A stretch of 64,000 nucleotides of DNA from an uncultured Pelagibacteraceae bacterium. GTDB lineage: Bacteria > Pseudomonadota > Alphaproteobacteria > Pelagibacterales > Pelagibacteraceae. The position numbers and the translations under genes are program-made. Within the stretch, counting starts at the first letter, position 1; the number at the start of each line of letters is the position of its first letter. The DNA lies in the NCBI GenBank assembly GCA_902545405.1, contig CACCFT010000005.1, forward strand, positions 3,493 to 67,492, written 5' to 3'. Below the pieces are notes generated by a model. The model was not told the origin of the DNA, made no database searches, and worked only from the letters and a program-made list of their open reading frames with translations. Below are positions 55,215-64,000 of this stretch, piece after piece.

Positions 55215-55298
55215 CTATTTTCTTCTTTTCTTTTTAGCTTTTTTCTTAGCTTTTTTCTTAGTTTTCTTTTTAGCAGCTTTTTTTCTTCTTTTAGCCAT
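55215..55298 (-). CDS. 27-aa Lys/Arg/Ala-rich histone-H1/protamine-like peptide (absent from ORF track)
   Basis: MAKRRKKAAKKKTKKKAKKKAKKKRRK*; GGGAG SD just upstream, own promoter and terminator. Confidence 0.85.
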   Translation of the reverse strand: MAKRRKKAAKKKTKKKAKKKAKKKRRK

Positions 55299-55315
55299 CT
55301 TTAGCTCCCTTTTTT

Positions 55316-55344
55316 AATTACGAATCTTTTTGATTCGTTTAATT
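55316..55344. promoter_or_regulatory. inverted repeat in the predicted 5' UTR of the basic-peptide gene
   Basis: ACGAATC-TTTTT-GATTCGT (55320-55338), flanked by AATTA/TAATT. Confidence 0.55.
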
Positions 55345-55349
55345 ATCTT

Positions 55350-55378
55350 TTTGTATTTTTTTTGAATAGTTATGTCAA
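55350..55378 (-). promoter_or_regulatory. sigma70-type promoter TTGACA-N17-TACAAA
   Basis: Perfect -35 at 55378-55373, 17-nt spacer, and a -10 at 55355-55350 lacking the final (-7) T. Confidence 0.65.
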
Positions 55379-55482
55379 TTACATAATTTTTTATATTTTT
55401 TTTCTTTTCTAAAAAAAAAATTAAAAAAAATTAGTAATTAAAAAGTTAAGTAAAATAGGGATTATTAAACGAATTGTTTTAT

Positions 55483-57189
55483 TTAATTATAAAGATTTTC
55501 AAAATTATTTTTGTATTTATTTATAATTTTGTATCTTTTTAACTTTAATGTTGGTGTTAACATTCCATTTTCAATTGAAAATTTTTCTTTTATTAAAAAA
55601 AACTTTTTAATATTTTCAATTTTTGAAAGATTATTGTTCAAGTTATTTATTGCATTGCGAATTTCTTCTTCTGTAATATTAATAAATTCTTCATTTAAAA
55701 CTAATAATGCTACCAAATAAGGTTTATTATCTCCATAAACTACTGCTTGATCAATAAATTCTAAATTGACTAATTCATTTTCAATTTTTAATGGTGAAAT
55801 ATTATCCCCTCCAGGAGTGATAAGAATATCTTTTTTTCTATCAGTAATTTTTAAAAAATTATTTTCAAATACTCCAATATCTCCTGTATGAAGCCAGCCA
55901 TCTTTTAGAACCTTTTCGGTCTCTTCTATATTATTCCAATAACCCAACATTACATTTTCACCTTTTACTAAAATTTCACCATCCTCTGCTATTTTTACTT
56001 CATTTCCCTTAAATGGTGGACCAACGGTATCTATTCTTATATCATCTATTGGATTACAGCTTACTACTGGGGATGTTTCCGTTAAACCGTAACCTTGCAG
56101 AGTTGGTAAACCAATAGCATTAAGAAAATATCCAACTTCTTTATCTAATGCACCTCCTCCAGAAACAAATGTTTTAAGCGATCCACCAAATTGTGATTTT
56201 ATTTTTTTTCTTACTAATTTCTCTAAGATTCTATCTTGTATTTTTTCAAAAATAGTTAAATTTTCTTTTTTTATTTTTTTTAGACCTAATTCTAACATTT
56301 TAGATATTAAGTTTTTTTTTAATCCTGTAGCTTTTTTAAAACTTGCATTAATTTTTTGATAAAGATTTTGATAAAATCTTGGTACAGCTGTCATAATCTC
56401 TGGTGAACAATCACCCATATTTTTAACCAATTTATCGATGCTCTCTGCGTAAAAAATTCTAGCTGCTACAGTAATTTGTACAAATTGAACAGTGTGCTCG
56501 TAAGAATGTGAAAGTGGAAGCCATGTAAGGAACCTAGGCTGTTCTTTAGACAATAACGGTTTTAAAATATCTATTGCGCCCTCACAATTATTTAAGATGC
56601 CTCCATGACTTAAAATTACTCCTTTAGGATTTCCTTGAGTACCTGATGTATAAATTATGCAAGACGGATCTTTTCTTGAGGCCAATGATTTATGAATTGG
56701 TATATTTTTTTTATTATTTTGAATTAAATCTTTTAAATTAACATATTCAATTTCTATATTTGTTAATTTCTCAAAAGAAAATATTTTTTTTATAAATTTT
56801 TTATCCTTAATAATATTTTTCAATTTATTAAATTGTTCGTTGTCTGAAACAAAAATTACACTTGGAGTGCAATCGTTAAGAATATAATTGTAGTCATTTT
56901 CTGCATAAGTTGTGTAAGCTGGAACAGTTATCCCATCTGATAACATTATAGATAAGTCTGTGATAAACCATTCAGGTCTATTTTCAGAAATTAATAAACA
57001 CCTATCACCTTTTGATATTACTTTTCTTAATTCATTAGAAACTAAACTAATAAAATCATATGTTTCTTGCCACGAATAATTTTTTCTTTTATCACCTAAA
57101 GTTGACAATAATATTTTGTCTTTGTTAGTTTGTTGATTAAATTGATCAAAAAACAATTCAGTTAGATTATTAATTTCTCTCAAGTTCAT
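55483..57189 (-). CDS. fadD: long-chain fatty acid-CoA ligase (start moved to ATG 57189)
   Basis: ENRPEW, IIYTSGTQGNPKGV, LPLSHSYE, QGYGLTE, GWLHTGD and TPTLKLKR. Confidence 0.9.
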   Translation of the reverse strand: MNLREINNLTELFFDQFNQQTNKDKILLSTLGDKRKNYSWQETYDFISLVSNELRKVISKGDRCLLISENRPEWFITDLSIMLSDGITVPAYTTYAENDYNYILNDCTPSVIFVSDNEQFNKLKNIIKDKKFIKKIFSFEKLTNIEIEYVNLKDLIQNNKKNIPIHKSLASRKDPSCIIYTSGTQGNPKGVILSHGGILNNCEGAIDILKPLLSKEQPRFLTWLPLSHSYEHTVQFVQITVAARIFYAESIDKLVKNMGDCSPEIMTAVPRFYQNLYQKINASFKKATGLKKNLISKMLELGLKKIKKENLTIFEKIQDRILEKLVRKKIKSQFGGSLKTFVSGGGALDKEVGYFLNAIGLPTLQGYGLTETSPVVSCNPIDDIRIDTVGPPFKGNEVKIAEDGEILVKGENVMLGYWNNIEETEKVLKDGWLHTGDIGVFENNFLKITDRKKDILITPGGDNISPLKIENELVNLEFIDQAVVYGDNKPYLVALLVLNEEFINITEEEIRNAINNLNNNLSKIENIKKFFLIKEKFSIENGMLTPTLKLKRYKIINKYKNNFENLYN

Positions 57190-57197
57190 ATATTTTT

Positions 57198-57284
57198 TGG
57201 TGGGCAAAGAGAGAATCGAACTCTCACAGTATTGCTACTATTGGATTTTGAGTCCAACGCGTCTACCAGTTCCGCCATTCGCCC
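57198..57284 (-). tRNA. tRNA-Leu(CAA)
   Basis: Reverse complement GGGCGAATGGCGGAACTGGTAGACGCG-TTGGA-CTCAAAA-TCCAA...GAGAGTTCGATTCTCTC-TTTGCCCACCA; long variable arm. Confidence 0.96.
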
Positions 57285-57349
57285 ATTTATTTTTAGTTTC
57301 ATAGAATATAAATAATAGTATTAAAACACTATTTATATTAAAAGAAAAT

Positions 57350-57958
57350 ATGTTTAAGGAACTATTTAATAAAACAATTAAACTTGCAGGACATAAAAAT
57401 TCAAAAAAAATTTTAGGTTTTATTTCTTTTATTGAGAGTTTCATATTTCCTATTCCACCAGATGTTCTTATTATTCCAATGACTATTGCCGACAGACAAA
57501 GATGGATGAAGATAGCAATTATTGCTACGACAGGATCCGTCTTAGGTGCATGTTTGGGATATTTCATAGGATATGTTTTTTTCAATGAAATTGGAATTAA
57601 GATTTTTGAGCTTTACGGTGTAGATAATACTTCATTTTTAAAAGATAAAATTTCATCAGATGGAGGGGTTTTTGCATGGGCAACGTTGCTGGCTATAGCG
57701 GGTTTTACACCCATCCCCTTTAAATTACTCACAATAACAAGTGGGTTTGTTCAATTTAATATTGTCTATTTTATAATTGTCTCCTTAATAACAAGAGGAT
57801 CTAGATTTTTTATAATAGCTTTCTTGGTTGGAAATTTTGGTCCTGCTATGAAAACAATAATTGAAAAAAAGCTGCTTAAAGTTTCAATTATAATTTCAAT
57901 TGTATTAATAGTTTTTGTTTTTTTAATTTATAAATTTTTACAAAACTTTATGAACTAA
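57350..57958 (+). CDS. YqaA/DedA (VTT domain) membrane protein
   Basis: SFIESFIFPIPPD, GSVLG..GY.IG, GFTPIPFK and RGSRFF. Confidence 0.9.
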   Translation: MFKELFNKTIKLAGHKNSKKILGFISFIESFIFPIPPDVLIIPMTIADRQRWMKIAIIATTGSVLGACLGYFIGYVFFNEIGIKIFELYGVDNTSFLKDKISSDGGVFAWATLLAIAGFTPIPFKLLTITSGFVQFNIVYFIIVSLITRGSRFFIIAFLVGNFGPAMKTIIEKKLLKVSIIISIVLIVFVFLIYKFLQNFMN

Positions 57959-57959
57959 A

Positions 57960-58433
57960 ATGAATTTTATTTTTAAAAGAAAAAATATTTATTTATTAAT
58001 TTTTATATACTCAATTATTGCTATATTATCCGCGATCTATATTGAAAAAGTTCTTGGGTATTTACCTTGTAAATTATGTATTTATCAAAGAATTCCTTTT
58101 TTAGTAGCGATCTTCATTTGTTTTTTGGGATATAACTATGTTAAATCTGATAGAATATTAATTGCTTTAATCATTACATTCACACTGAGCACTGCTCTTG
58201 CAGGATATCATTTTGGTATAGAAAATGGCATTTTTGATGAATATGCTGGTTGTACAAACACAAATATAGATATCACGAATAAAGAAAAAATAATCGAAAG
58301 TCTTGGAATGGTTAAAAATTGCAAAGATGTAGATTTTACTATTTTAGGCATATCTTTATCTGGATTGAATTTTTTAATATCTTTACTAATAGTATTATTT
58401 TCGCTAAGAGCTCTTGTTTATGAAAAAAACTAA
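57960..58433 (+). CDS. dsbB: disulfide bond formation protein B
   Basis: GYLPCKLCIYQR, YHFGIE, a second Cys pair and LGISLS. Confidence 0.88.
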   Translation: MNFIFKRKNIYLLIFIYSIIAILSAIYIEKVLGYLPCKLCIYQRIPFLVAIFICFLGYNYVKSDRILIALIITFTLSTALAGYHFGIENGIFDEYAGCTNTNIDITNKEKIIESLGMVKNCKDVDFTILGISLSGLNFLISLLIVLFSLRALVYEKN

Positions 58434-58953
58434 CAAAAGAAAATTAGAAGAATTTATTAGAGTTGATCACGCAGGCGAAAGAGGTGCAATTAAAATATAT
58501 GAAGGTCAACTTTTAGCACTGAAAACATTTAAAAAGGATCCTGAACTATTAAAATTAGTAGAAGAAATGAGAGAACATGAGCAAGAACATAGTGATTTTT
58601 TTGAAAATGAAATCAGAGAAAGAAATATAAAACCAACTAAATTTTTACCACTATGGGATCTATTGGGAGTAGGTTTGGGTTTTGGCTCAACAATATTAGG
58701 AAAAAAAGCAGCAATGCTTTGCACAGCCTCTGTTGAGGAAGTAATTGATAAACATTACCAAAGTCAAATAGATCAATTACAAGATGATGAGAAAAAACTT
58801 AGAGAAAAAATTAAAAAATTTAGAGCTGATGAATTAGAACATAAAGATATTGCATATGAGCACGGCGCAACAAAAAAAGGATTATATTCAGTGATGGATA
58901 AAATTATTAAAACGGGCTCAAAAATTGCTATAAATATCTCTGAAAAAATTTAA
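58420..58953 (+). CDS. coq7: demethoxyubiquinone hydroxylase Coq7
   Basis: IRVDHAGERGAIKIYEGQ, EQEH, VEEVIDKHY and DELEH di-iron motifs. Confidence 0.93.
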   Translation: MKKTNKRKLEEFIRVDHAGERGAIKIYEGQLLALKTFKKDPELLKLVEEMREHEQEHSDFFENEIRERNIKPTKFLPLWDLLGVGLGFGSTILGKKAAMLCTASVEEVIDKHYQSQIDQLQDDEKKLREKIKKFRADELEHKDIAYEHGATKKGLYSVMDKIIKTGSKIAINISEKI

Positions 58954-59522
58954 CTAGGATCTAATTCTACATCCCAATATAAATAATCCATCCAACTGCT
59001 ATGTAAAAAATTAGGAGGAAAATTCTTCCCATTTCTATGAAGATCTTCTGTTGTTGGTTGAAAAGGCCATTGATTTAATTTCATTCCAGAATTTTTTAGC
59101 AATCTTCCACCTTTTTTTACATTACATGCTGAGCATGCAGTAACAACGTTTTCCCAATCAGTTTTTCCACCTTTTGATCTTGGAAGAAGATGGTCAAAAG
59201 TTAGTTCATCGTTACTTCCACAATATTGACAACTAAACTTATCTCGTAGAAAAACATTAAATCTTGTGAAATTTGGATTTGAACGAGGCTTTATAAAAGA
59301 TTTTAATGCAATAACACTTGGTAACTGCATAGAGAATGATGGGCTTCTTATCATTCTATCATAATGACTTACAATGGACACTCTATCTAGAAAAACAGAT
59401 TTAATAGCGTCTTGCCATGACCATAATGATAAAGGATAATAGCTTAATGGTCTGTAATCTGCGTTAAGGACTAGAGCTGGACATTTTTCTAGTGAAAGGT
59501 TTTCATTGATCATCATAGTCAT
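58950..59522 (-). CDS. HNH endonuclease (McrA-like)
   Basis: LVLNADYRPLS, LPSVI, RDKFSCQYC, TFDH..PRSKGG and WENVVTACSACN..KG. Confidence 0.92.
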   Translation of the reverse strand: MTMMINENLSLEKCPALVLNADYRPLSYYPLSLWSWQDAIKSVFLDRVSIVSHYDRMIRSPSFSMQLPSVIALKSFIKPRSNPNFTRFNVFLRDKFSCQYCGSNDELTFDHLLPRSKGGKTDWENVVTACSACNVKKGGRLLKNSGMKLNQWPFQPTTEDLHRNGKNFPPNFLHSSWMDYLYWDVELDPS

Positions 59523-59581
59523 AATTATTTAATATATTATATATTATTATTAATCAATGTAACAAAATAAATTAATTATCT

Positions 59582-60238
59582 TTAAGAATCAAAATTATCT
59601 TTAATAAATTTTAATGCATTACTTGAAGCTTCAACTGGTATATGATGGTCGCAGTCTTTGATCATTAAAGTTTCTATACTAATATTATTCCGTGTAAAAA
59701 AATCTTTTGCTTCCAATAAATTGTAGGGTGGAACTATTTCATCTTTTTCACCATGAATTAATAAAGTTTTTGTTTTAGAAATTAACCTTAAACTAAGATC
59801 CTCTTTATCTATAATCTTTCCGGAAAATCCAACAATACAATTAAAGGGATCTTTAGAAGTTAAGCCCAAGTTTATTGACATCATGCAACCCTGACTAAAT
59901 CCAGATAAACATATCTTTGAATTTTCCAAATTATATTCTGTTTTAACTTCTTCAATATATTTTCTTAATTTATCTTCAGCTTTTTTTGCTTCGTTTAAAA
60001 TATAATTTTTATCATTTGTTTCTAAATCAAACCATTGATAACCAATTGGATTAATTTTACATGGTTCGTGTCCATTCGGACATAAGAATACTGTATTGTT
60101 TAAAAACCTTTTCCAATTCAGAGTTAACATGCTTATATCTTTTCCATCTCCACCATATCCATGAAGTAAAATTACTGCATTTTTGATGTCGGACCCATTT
60201 TCAGGTTTTATAATTGTTGATTCAAGGCAAAATGTCAT
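59582..60238 (-). CDS. phospholipase/carboxylesterase (alpha/beta-hydrolase)
   Basis: LLHGYG, QWFDL, GFSQG and HGEKDEIVP with a C-terminal His. Confidence 0.92.
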   Translation of the reverse strand: MTFCLESTIIKPENGSDIKNAVILLHGYGGDGKDISMLTLNWKRFLNNTVFLCPNGHEPCKINPIGYQWFDLETNDKNYILNEAKKAEDKLRKYIEEVKTEYNLENSKICLSGFSQGCMMSINLGLTSKDPFNCIVGFSGKIIDKEDLSLRLISKTKTLLIHGEKDEIVPPYNLLEAKDFFTRNNISIETLMIKDCDHHIPVEASSNALKFIKDNFDS

Positions 60239-60287
60239 AGATAAGTAATTATGTTTTTTTATTTTAAAAAGAAACTAAAATCAAAGC

Positions 60288-60488
60288 ATGATTTCTGAAA
60301 TATTTGTCAAAATTGCAGCGATTGTTTTGCTTGCAGCTGTAGCTGTAGTCTTAATTCTTGGAATTAGAACTCTTTTTAAAGGAGACGGAGATAAAAAAAC
60401 ATCTAACAAATTAATGCAGCTTAGAGTATTACTACAATTTGTTGCTATAATTGTGCTTGTAGCATTAGCTTACTTTTATAAAAACTAA
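60288..60488 (+). CDS. HIG1-like twin transmembrane helix small protein
   Basis: Two TM helices flanking SNKLMQLRVLLQ. Confidence 0.88.
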   Translation: MISEIFVKIAAIVLLAAVAVVLILGIRTLFKGDGDKKTSNKLMQLRVLLQFVAIIVLVALAYFYKN

Positions 60489-61015
60489 TTTAATTCATTT
60501 AACCAATTTAAAAATTCATCACTGTTAAAATCTATTGAACCAACAATTCTTGCAAACTCATAACCATCTTTATCAATGAATATTGTTGTGGGTATTCCTC
60601 TTAATTTTAAATTTTTTGCAATTCCAGCACCATCACCAACAAAAACTTGTAATTCTTCTATGAGCAGTTCATCAAAAAACTTCTTAGATTTACTAATATT
60701 TTCTCCACCTATATTTATTGGGATAATCTTTAATTTTTTTTCATCCTTAAGTTTTTGAAGATTACTTAAAGATGGCATTTCCTCTCTACAAGGCGCGCAC
60801 CATGTTGCCCAAAAATTCAGAATAATTAATTCGGATTTAAAATCTTTCAAATTAACTTTATTTCCACCCTCATTTAAAAAGTCAAAAAACTTAATTTTTT
60901 GTTTTTCCTCATAAATTATTAGATTTTTTATATTTGGCGCTTCTATTGAATATGAAGAGCTAAATGATATGAAGTAAAGAAATATTATTTTAATGGATAT
61001 AAATATAAATTTCAT
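60485..61015 (-). CDS. tlpA: TlpA/ResA thiol-disulfide oxidoreductase (start moved to ATG 61015)
   Basis: LNFWATWCAPCREEMPSL and GIPTT; divergent from argH. Confidence 0.9.
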   Translation of the reverse strand: MKFIFISIKIIFLYFISFSSSYSIEAPNIKNLIIYEEKQKIKFFDFLNEGGNKVNLKDFKSELIILNFWATWCAPCREEMPSLSNLQKLKDEKKLKIIPINIGGENISKSKKFFDELLIEELQVFVGDGAGIAKNLKLRGIPTTIFIDKDGYEFARIVGSIDFNSDEFLNWLNELN

Positions 61016-61034
61016 AAATTTGTAATTGAATAAC

Positions 61035-62423
61035 ATGAGAAAAAATAAAAACAATAAACCAATTTGGGGTACAAGAATTAAGAAAAATGCCTCAACTTTA
61101 TTTAAAAAAGTTGGTGGTTCATTGCCGGTAGATAAAAGACTATTTAAAGAAGATATCGAAGGATCAATTGCCCATGTCGAAATGCTTCACAAACAAAAAA
61201 TTATAAATTTCAGAATAAAGAATAAAATAATCTGGGGATTAAAAAGAATTAAAAATGAAATTGTAAAAAAAAAATTCAATTTTGATTATGATTTAGAGGA
61301 TATTCATATGAATATAGAAAACAGATTATTTGAACTGATTGGTGATGATGCTGGATATGTTCATACTGCTAGATCTAGAAATGATCAGGTAATTACCGAC
61401 CTAAAATTATGGTTAAAAGAAGCAACAAAAAAAATAATAATTTTATTAGATAATACTAATTCAAATATTCTAAATCTTGCACAAAAAAATATCAGAACAA
61501 TTATGCCAGGATTTACACATTTAAAAAATGCACAACCATTATCTTTAGCACATTATTTACTAGCATATGTTGAAATGTTTAAGAGAGATAAGAAAAAATT
61601 TAAGAATAATTTAGAGTTTTTAGATGAAAATCCTTTAGGCGTAGGGGCTTTATCTGGCACTTCTTTTAAAATTGACAGAAATTACACCACAAAAAAACTT
61701 AAATTTAAAAAACCAACAAACAATTCTGTAGATACTGTATCTGATAGAGATTTTGTATTAGACTTTTTGTATTCTTCTCTAGCTTGTTCTTTACACATTT
61801 CTAGAATTGCTGAAGAACTCATAATTTGGAATTCCGATGCATTTAACATGATAACTTTAAATGATAAGTTAGTGACTGGTTCTTCAATAATGCCACAAAA
61901 AAAGAATCCTGACCCATTGGAATATTTAAGAGGTAAAACTGGAATATTTATAGGAAATATCAATTCTATGATTTCAATATTAAAAGGGTTACCTTTATCA
62001 TATTTTAAAGATTTACAGGATGACAAAGAAATTGTTTTTAAAACAAATGATCAATTAAAAATATCATTGTCATTGTTGAATGATGTAATAAAAAATTTGA
62101 TAATAAATAAAAAAAGTATGCTATCTCTTGCGGGAAAAGGTTTTACTACAGCAACAGATTTATCTGATTTTATTGTAAGAGAGCTTGGATATCCATTTAG
62201 AAAGGCATACATACAAACAGCAAAAATAATTAATCTGGCAGAAAAAAAAAACAAAAAACTTCACGAACTAGAATTGAAAGAAATAAATCAAATTGAGCCA
62301 AAACTTACATTAAATGTTTATAAAATACTAAATCTGGAAAATTCAGTTAATTCAAAAAAATCTTATGGCGGAACTTCTTTTGAGAATGTTAAGAAAATGA
62401 TAAAAAAAGCTAAAAATGAGTAA
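61035..62423 (+). CDS. argH: argininosuccinate lyase
   Basis: EDIHM, HTARSRNDQ, MPGFTHL, GSSIMPQKKNPD and DLQDDK. Confidence 0.97.
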   Translation: MRKNKNNKPIWGTRIKKNASTLFKKVGGSLPVDKRLFKEDIEGSIAHVEMLHKQKIINFRIKNKIIWGLKRIKNEIVKKKFNFDYDLEDIHMNIENRLFELIGDDAGYVHTARSRNDQVITDLKLWLKEATKKIIILLDNTNSNILNLAQKNIRTIMPGFTHLKNAQPLSLAHYLLAYVEMFKRDKKKFKNNLEFLDENPLGVGALSGTSFKIDRNYTTKKLKFKKPTNNSVDTVSDRDFVLDFLYSSLACSLHISRIAEELIIWNSDAFNMITLNDKLVTGSSIMPQKKNPDPLEYLRGKTGIFIGNINSMISILKGLPLSYFKDLQDDKEIVFKTNDQLKISLSLLNDVIKNLIINKKSMLSLAGKGFTTATDLSDFIVRELGYPFRKAYIQTAKIINLAEKKNKKLHELELKEINQIEPKLTLNVYKILNLENSVNSKKSYGGTSFENVKKMIKKAKNE

Positions 62424-62532
62424 AAAAATTTTAATTATTATACTTTGTTTATATTTCGCAGTTGCTTGTGGCCGTAAAGGCGATCCAGAATATAAATCTG
62501 AACTAAGTAAGAATATTCAAAAAGTATCATGA
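62416..62532 (+). CDS. 38-aa lipoprotein, LptM/YifL-like (absent from ORF track)
   Basis: MSKKILIIILCLYFAVA|CGRKGDPEYKSELSKNIQKVS*; lipobox plus CGxKG. Overlaps the argH stop and the lysA start (ATGA). Confidence 0.85.
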   Translation: MSKKILIIILCLYFAVACGRKGDPEYKSELSKNIQKVS

Positions 62533-63743
62533 GATATATAAAAAATAAATTTTTTATTGAAGGAAAAAACATTGAGAATCTAACAAAAAAATTTAATACA
62601 CCTTTATACTGCTACTCTTATAAAAATTTAAGAGAAAATGTAGAGAATTTTAAAAAAGCTTTTAAGCAAATTAAACCTTTAATTTGTTTTTCTGTAAAAT
62701 CTAATTCAAATATTTCATTATTAAAAGAAATAAAAAAACTTAGCCTTGGGGCAGATGTAGTTTCAAAGGGTGAATTATATGCATCACTTAAAGCTGGTAT
62801 TGATAAAAATAAGATAGTTTTCTCTGGAGTTGGTAAAACAAGAGATGAAATTGAGTATGCAATTAAACAAAAAATATTATTAATAAATTCTGAGTCTTTA
62901 AGTGAAGTTTTAGCAATTGAAAAAGCTGCAAAAAAACTAAATAAAGTTGTTGATATAGGACTAAGATTAAATCCAGATACAGATGCTGAAACATTGAAAC
63001 AAATTTCAACGGGTAAGAGTGAAAATAAATTTGGTGTAGATAAAAAGACTTTTGTAAAAATTATTGATTTGATGAAACAATCAAAATTTATAAATATTAA
63101 ATGCTTAAGCGTTCATATCGGTAGTCAAATCTTAAACCACAAACCTTACGAAAAAATGCTAAATGTTCTTGATAAACTTTTAAAAAATTTAGATTATAAA
63201 TTTGAGATCATTGATTTAGGTGGTGGGATGGGGATAAACTATGATAATAAAACGAAAAAACTTGATTATACAAAATATAAAAAATCAATAATTAAATTTA
63301 AAAATAAATACAATTGTAAAATAATTTTTGAACCTGGAAGATCTATAATTGGAAATGTTGGTATACTTGCATCAAAAGTAATTTATTTAAAACATAACAA
63401 AACAAAAACATTTGTAATATTAGATGCGGCAATGAATGATTTGATAAGACCAGCTTTATATAATGCAAAACATAGGATAATTCCATCCCTAAGAAATATG
63501 TCACGATCAAAGAAAATATTAGAATTTGTAGGCCCAGTATGTGAAACAACTGATAAATTTTTAACAGAAAGGAAATTTCAGAATATAAAAGAAAATGATA
63601 TTATGATTATTTGCGATACAGGTGCCTATGGTTATTCATTATCATCTAATTATAATCTTAGATTAAGACCTGCTGAAATTTTGATTAAAGGAAATAAAGT
63701 AAAGATTATAAGAAAAAGACAAAAAATAACAGATATTATCTAA
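62529..63743 (+). CDS. lysA: diaminopimelate decarboxylase
   Basis: TPLYCY, SVKSN, DVVSKGE, ENKFG, HIGSQ, EPGR, GPVCETTD and SSNYN. Confidence 0.96.
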   Translation: MRYIKNKFFIEGKNIENLTKKFNTPLYCYSYKNLRENVENFKKAFKQIKPLICFSVKSNSNISLLKEIKKLSLGADVVSKGELYASLKAGIDKNKIVFSGVGKTRDEIEYAIKQKILLINSESLSEVLAIEKAAKKLNKVVDIGLRLNPDTDAETLKQISTGKSENKFGVDKKTFVKIIDLMKQSKFINIKCLSVHIGSQILNHKPYEKMLNVLDKLLKNLDYKFEIIDLGGGMGINYDNKTKKLDYTKYKKSIIKFKNKYNCKIIFEPGRSIIGNVGILASKVIYLKHNKTKTFVILDAAMNDLIRPALYNAKHRIIPSLRNMSRSKKILEFVGPVCETTDKFLTERKFQNIKENDIMIICDTGAYGYSLSSNYNLRLRPAEILIKGNKVKIIRKRQKITDII

Positions 63744-63756
63744 TTTAAAACTTATA

Positions 63757-64000
63757 ATGAGAAATATCCTCTTTAAAAGTATATTTTTTTCTGGATTAAT
63801 TTTAATATCTATTATTTTTCTTCCATCATTATTACTACCCAAGAAAATCACTCTTTTTGGAGGTAAACTTTTTGGACACTGGTCATCATTCTGTTTAAAA
63901 ATTTTTTACTCAACCAGCATAGTAATAAAAGGTCAAGAAAACATAATTAATAACGAAAATTTCTTTATCGCATGCTCTCATCAATCGATGTTTGAAACTT
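63757..64000 (+). CDS. plsC: 1-acyl-sn-glycerol-3-phosphate acyltransferase-like (3'-truncated by window edge)
   Basis: Hand translation MRNILFKSIFFSGLILIS...IKGQENI....FIACSHQSMFET, carrying an HX4(D/E) motif. Confidence 0.75.
   Translation, partial: MRNILFKSIFFSGLILISIIFLPSLLLPKKITLFGGKLFGHWSSFCLKIFYSTSIVIKGQENIINNENFFIACSHQSMFET

Noticed and set aside
55215-55298. TTAGCTTTTTTC-like tandem units as a non-coding microsatellite or mini-CRISPR
   Set aside because: No spacers; the 12-nt periodicity is explained by KKKA codons of an ORF with SD, promoter and terminator.
58950-59522. HNH nuclease as a mobile, homing or defence element
   Set aside because: Matches a widespread standalone chromosomal family; no intron, repeats, methylase or cas genes nearby.

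Overview
AT-rich, very compact bacterial chromosomal segment with alphaproteobacterial gene order (bolA/dnaJ-domain-cobS-cobT, regB, gltD-gltB, helicase-fdxA-carD, argH-lipoprotein-lysA). The low GC, tiny intergenic gaps and homodimeric-type aceE point to Pelagibacterales (SAR11); this is inferred, not searched. The window is mostly core genes (dapDE, truA-fmt-def, aroKB, gyrB, lepA, pheST, rplT-rpmI-infC-thrS, gltDB, aceEF, TAXI-TRAP, fadD, coq7, argH, lysA) plus three tRNAs (Ser-GGA, Arg-ACG, Leu-CAA). It also has a four-gene methyl-deoxysugar/glycosyltransferase islet beside tRNA-Ser and one frameshifted alpha/beta-hydrolase. The most interesting signal is a possible minimal chromatin-like lysine-modification system with three parts. 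(1) An unannotated 27-aa histone-H1/protamine-like gene at 55215-55298 (20 of 27 residues K/R) with its own promoter, RBS and terminator. (2) Its convergent neighbour, a CarD carrying a long Lys-rich N-terminal tail. (3) An HDAC-family deacetylase and a complete SET/post-SET methyltransferase coupled to dapD-dapE. The individual parts are visible in the sequence; the functional link between them is hypothesis. No CRISPR, rRNA, integrase or transposase was seen.
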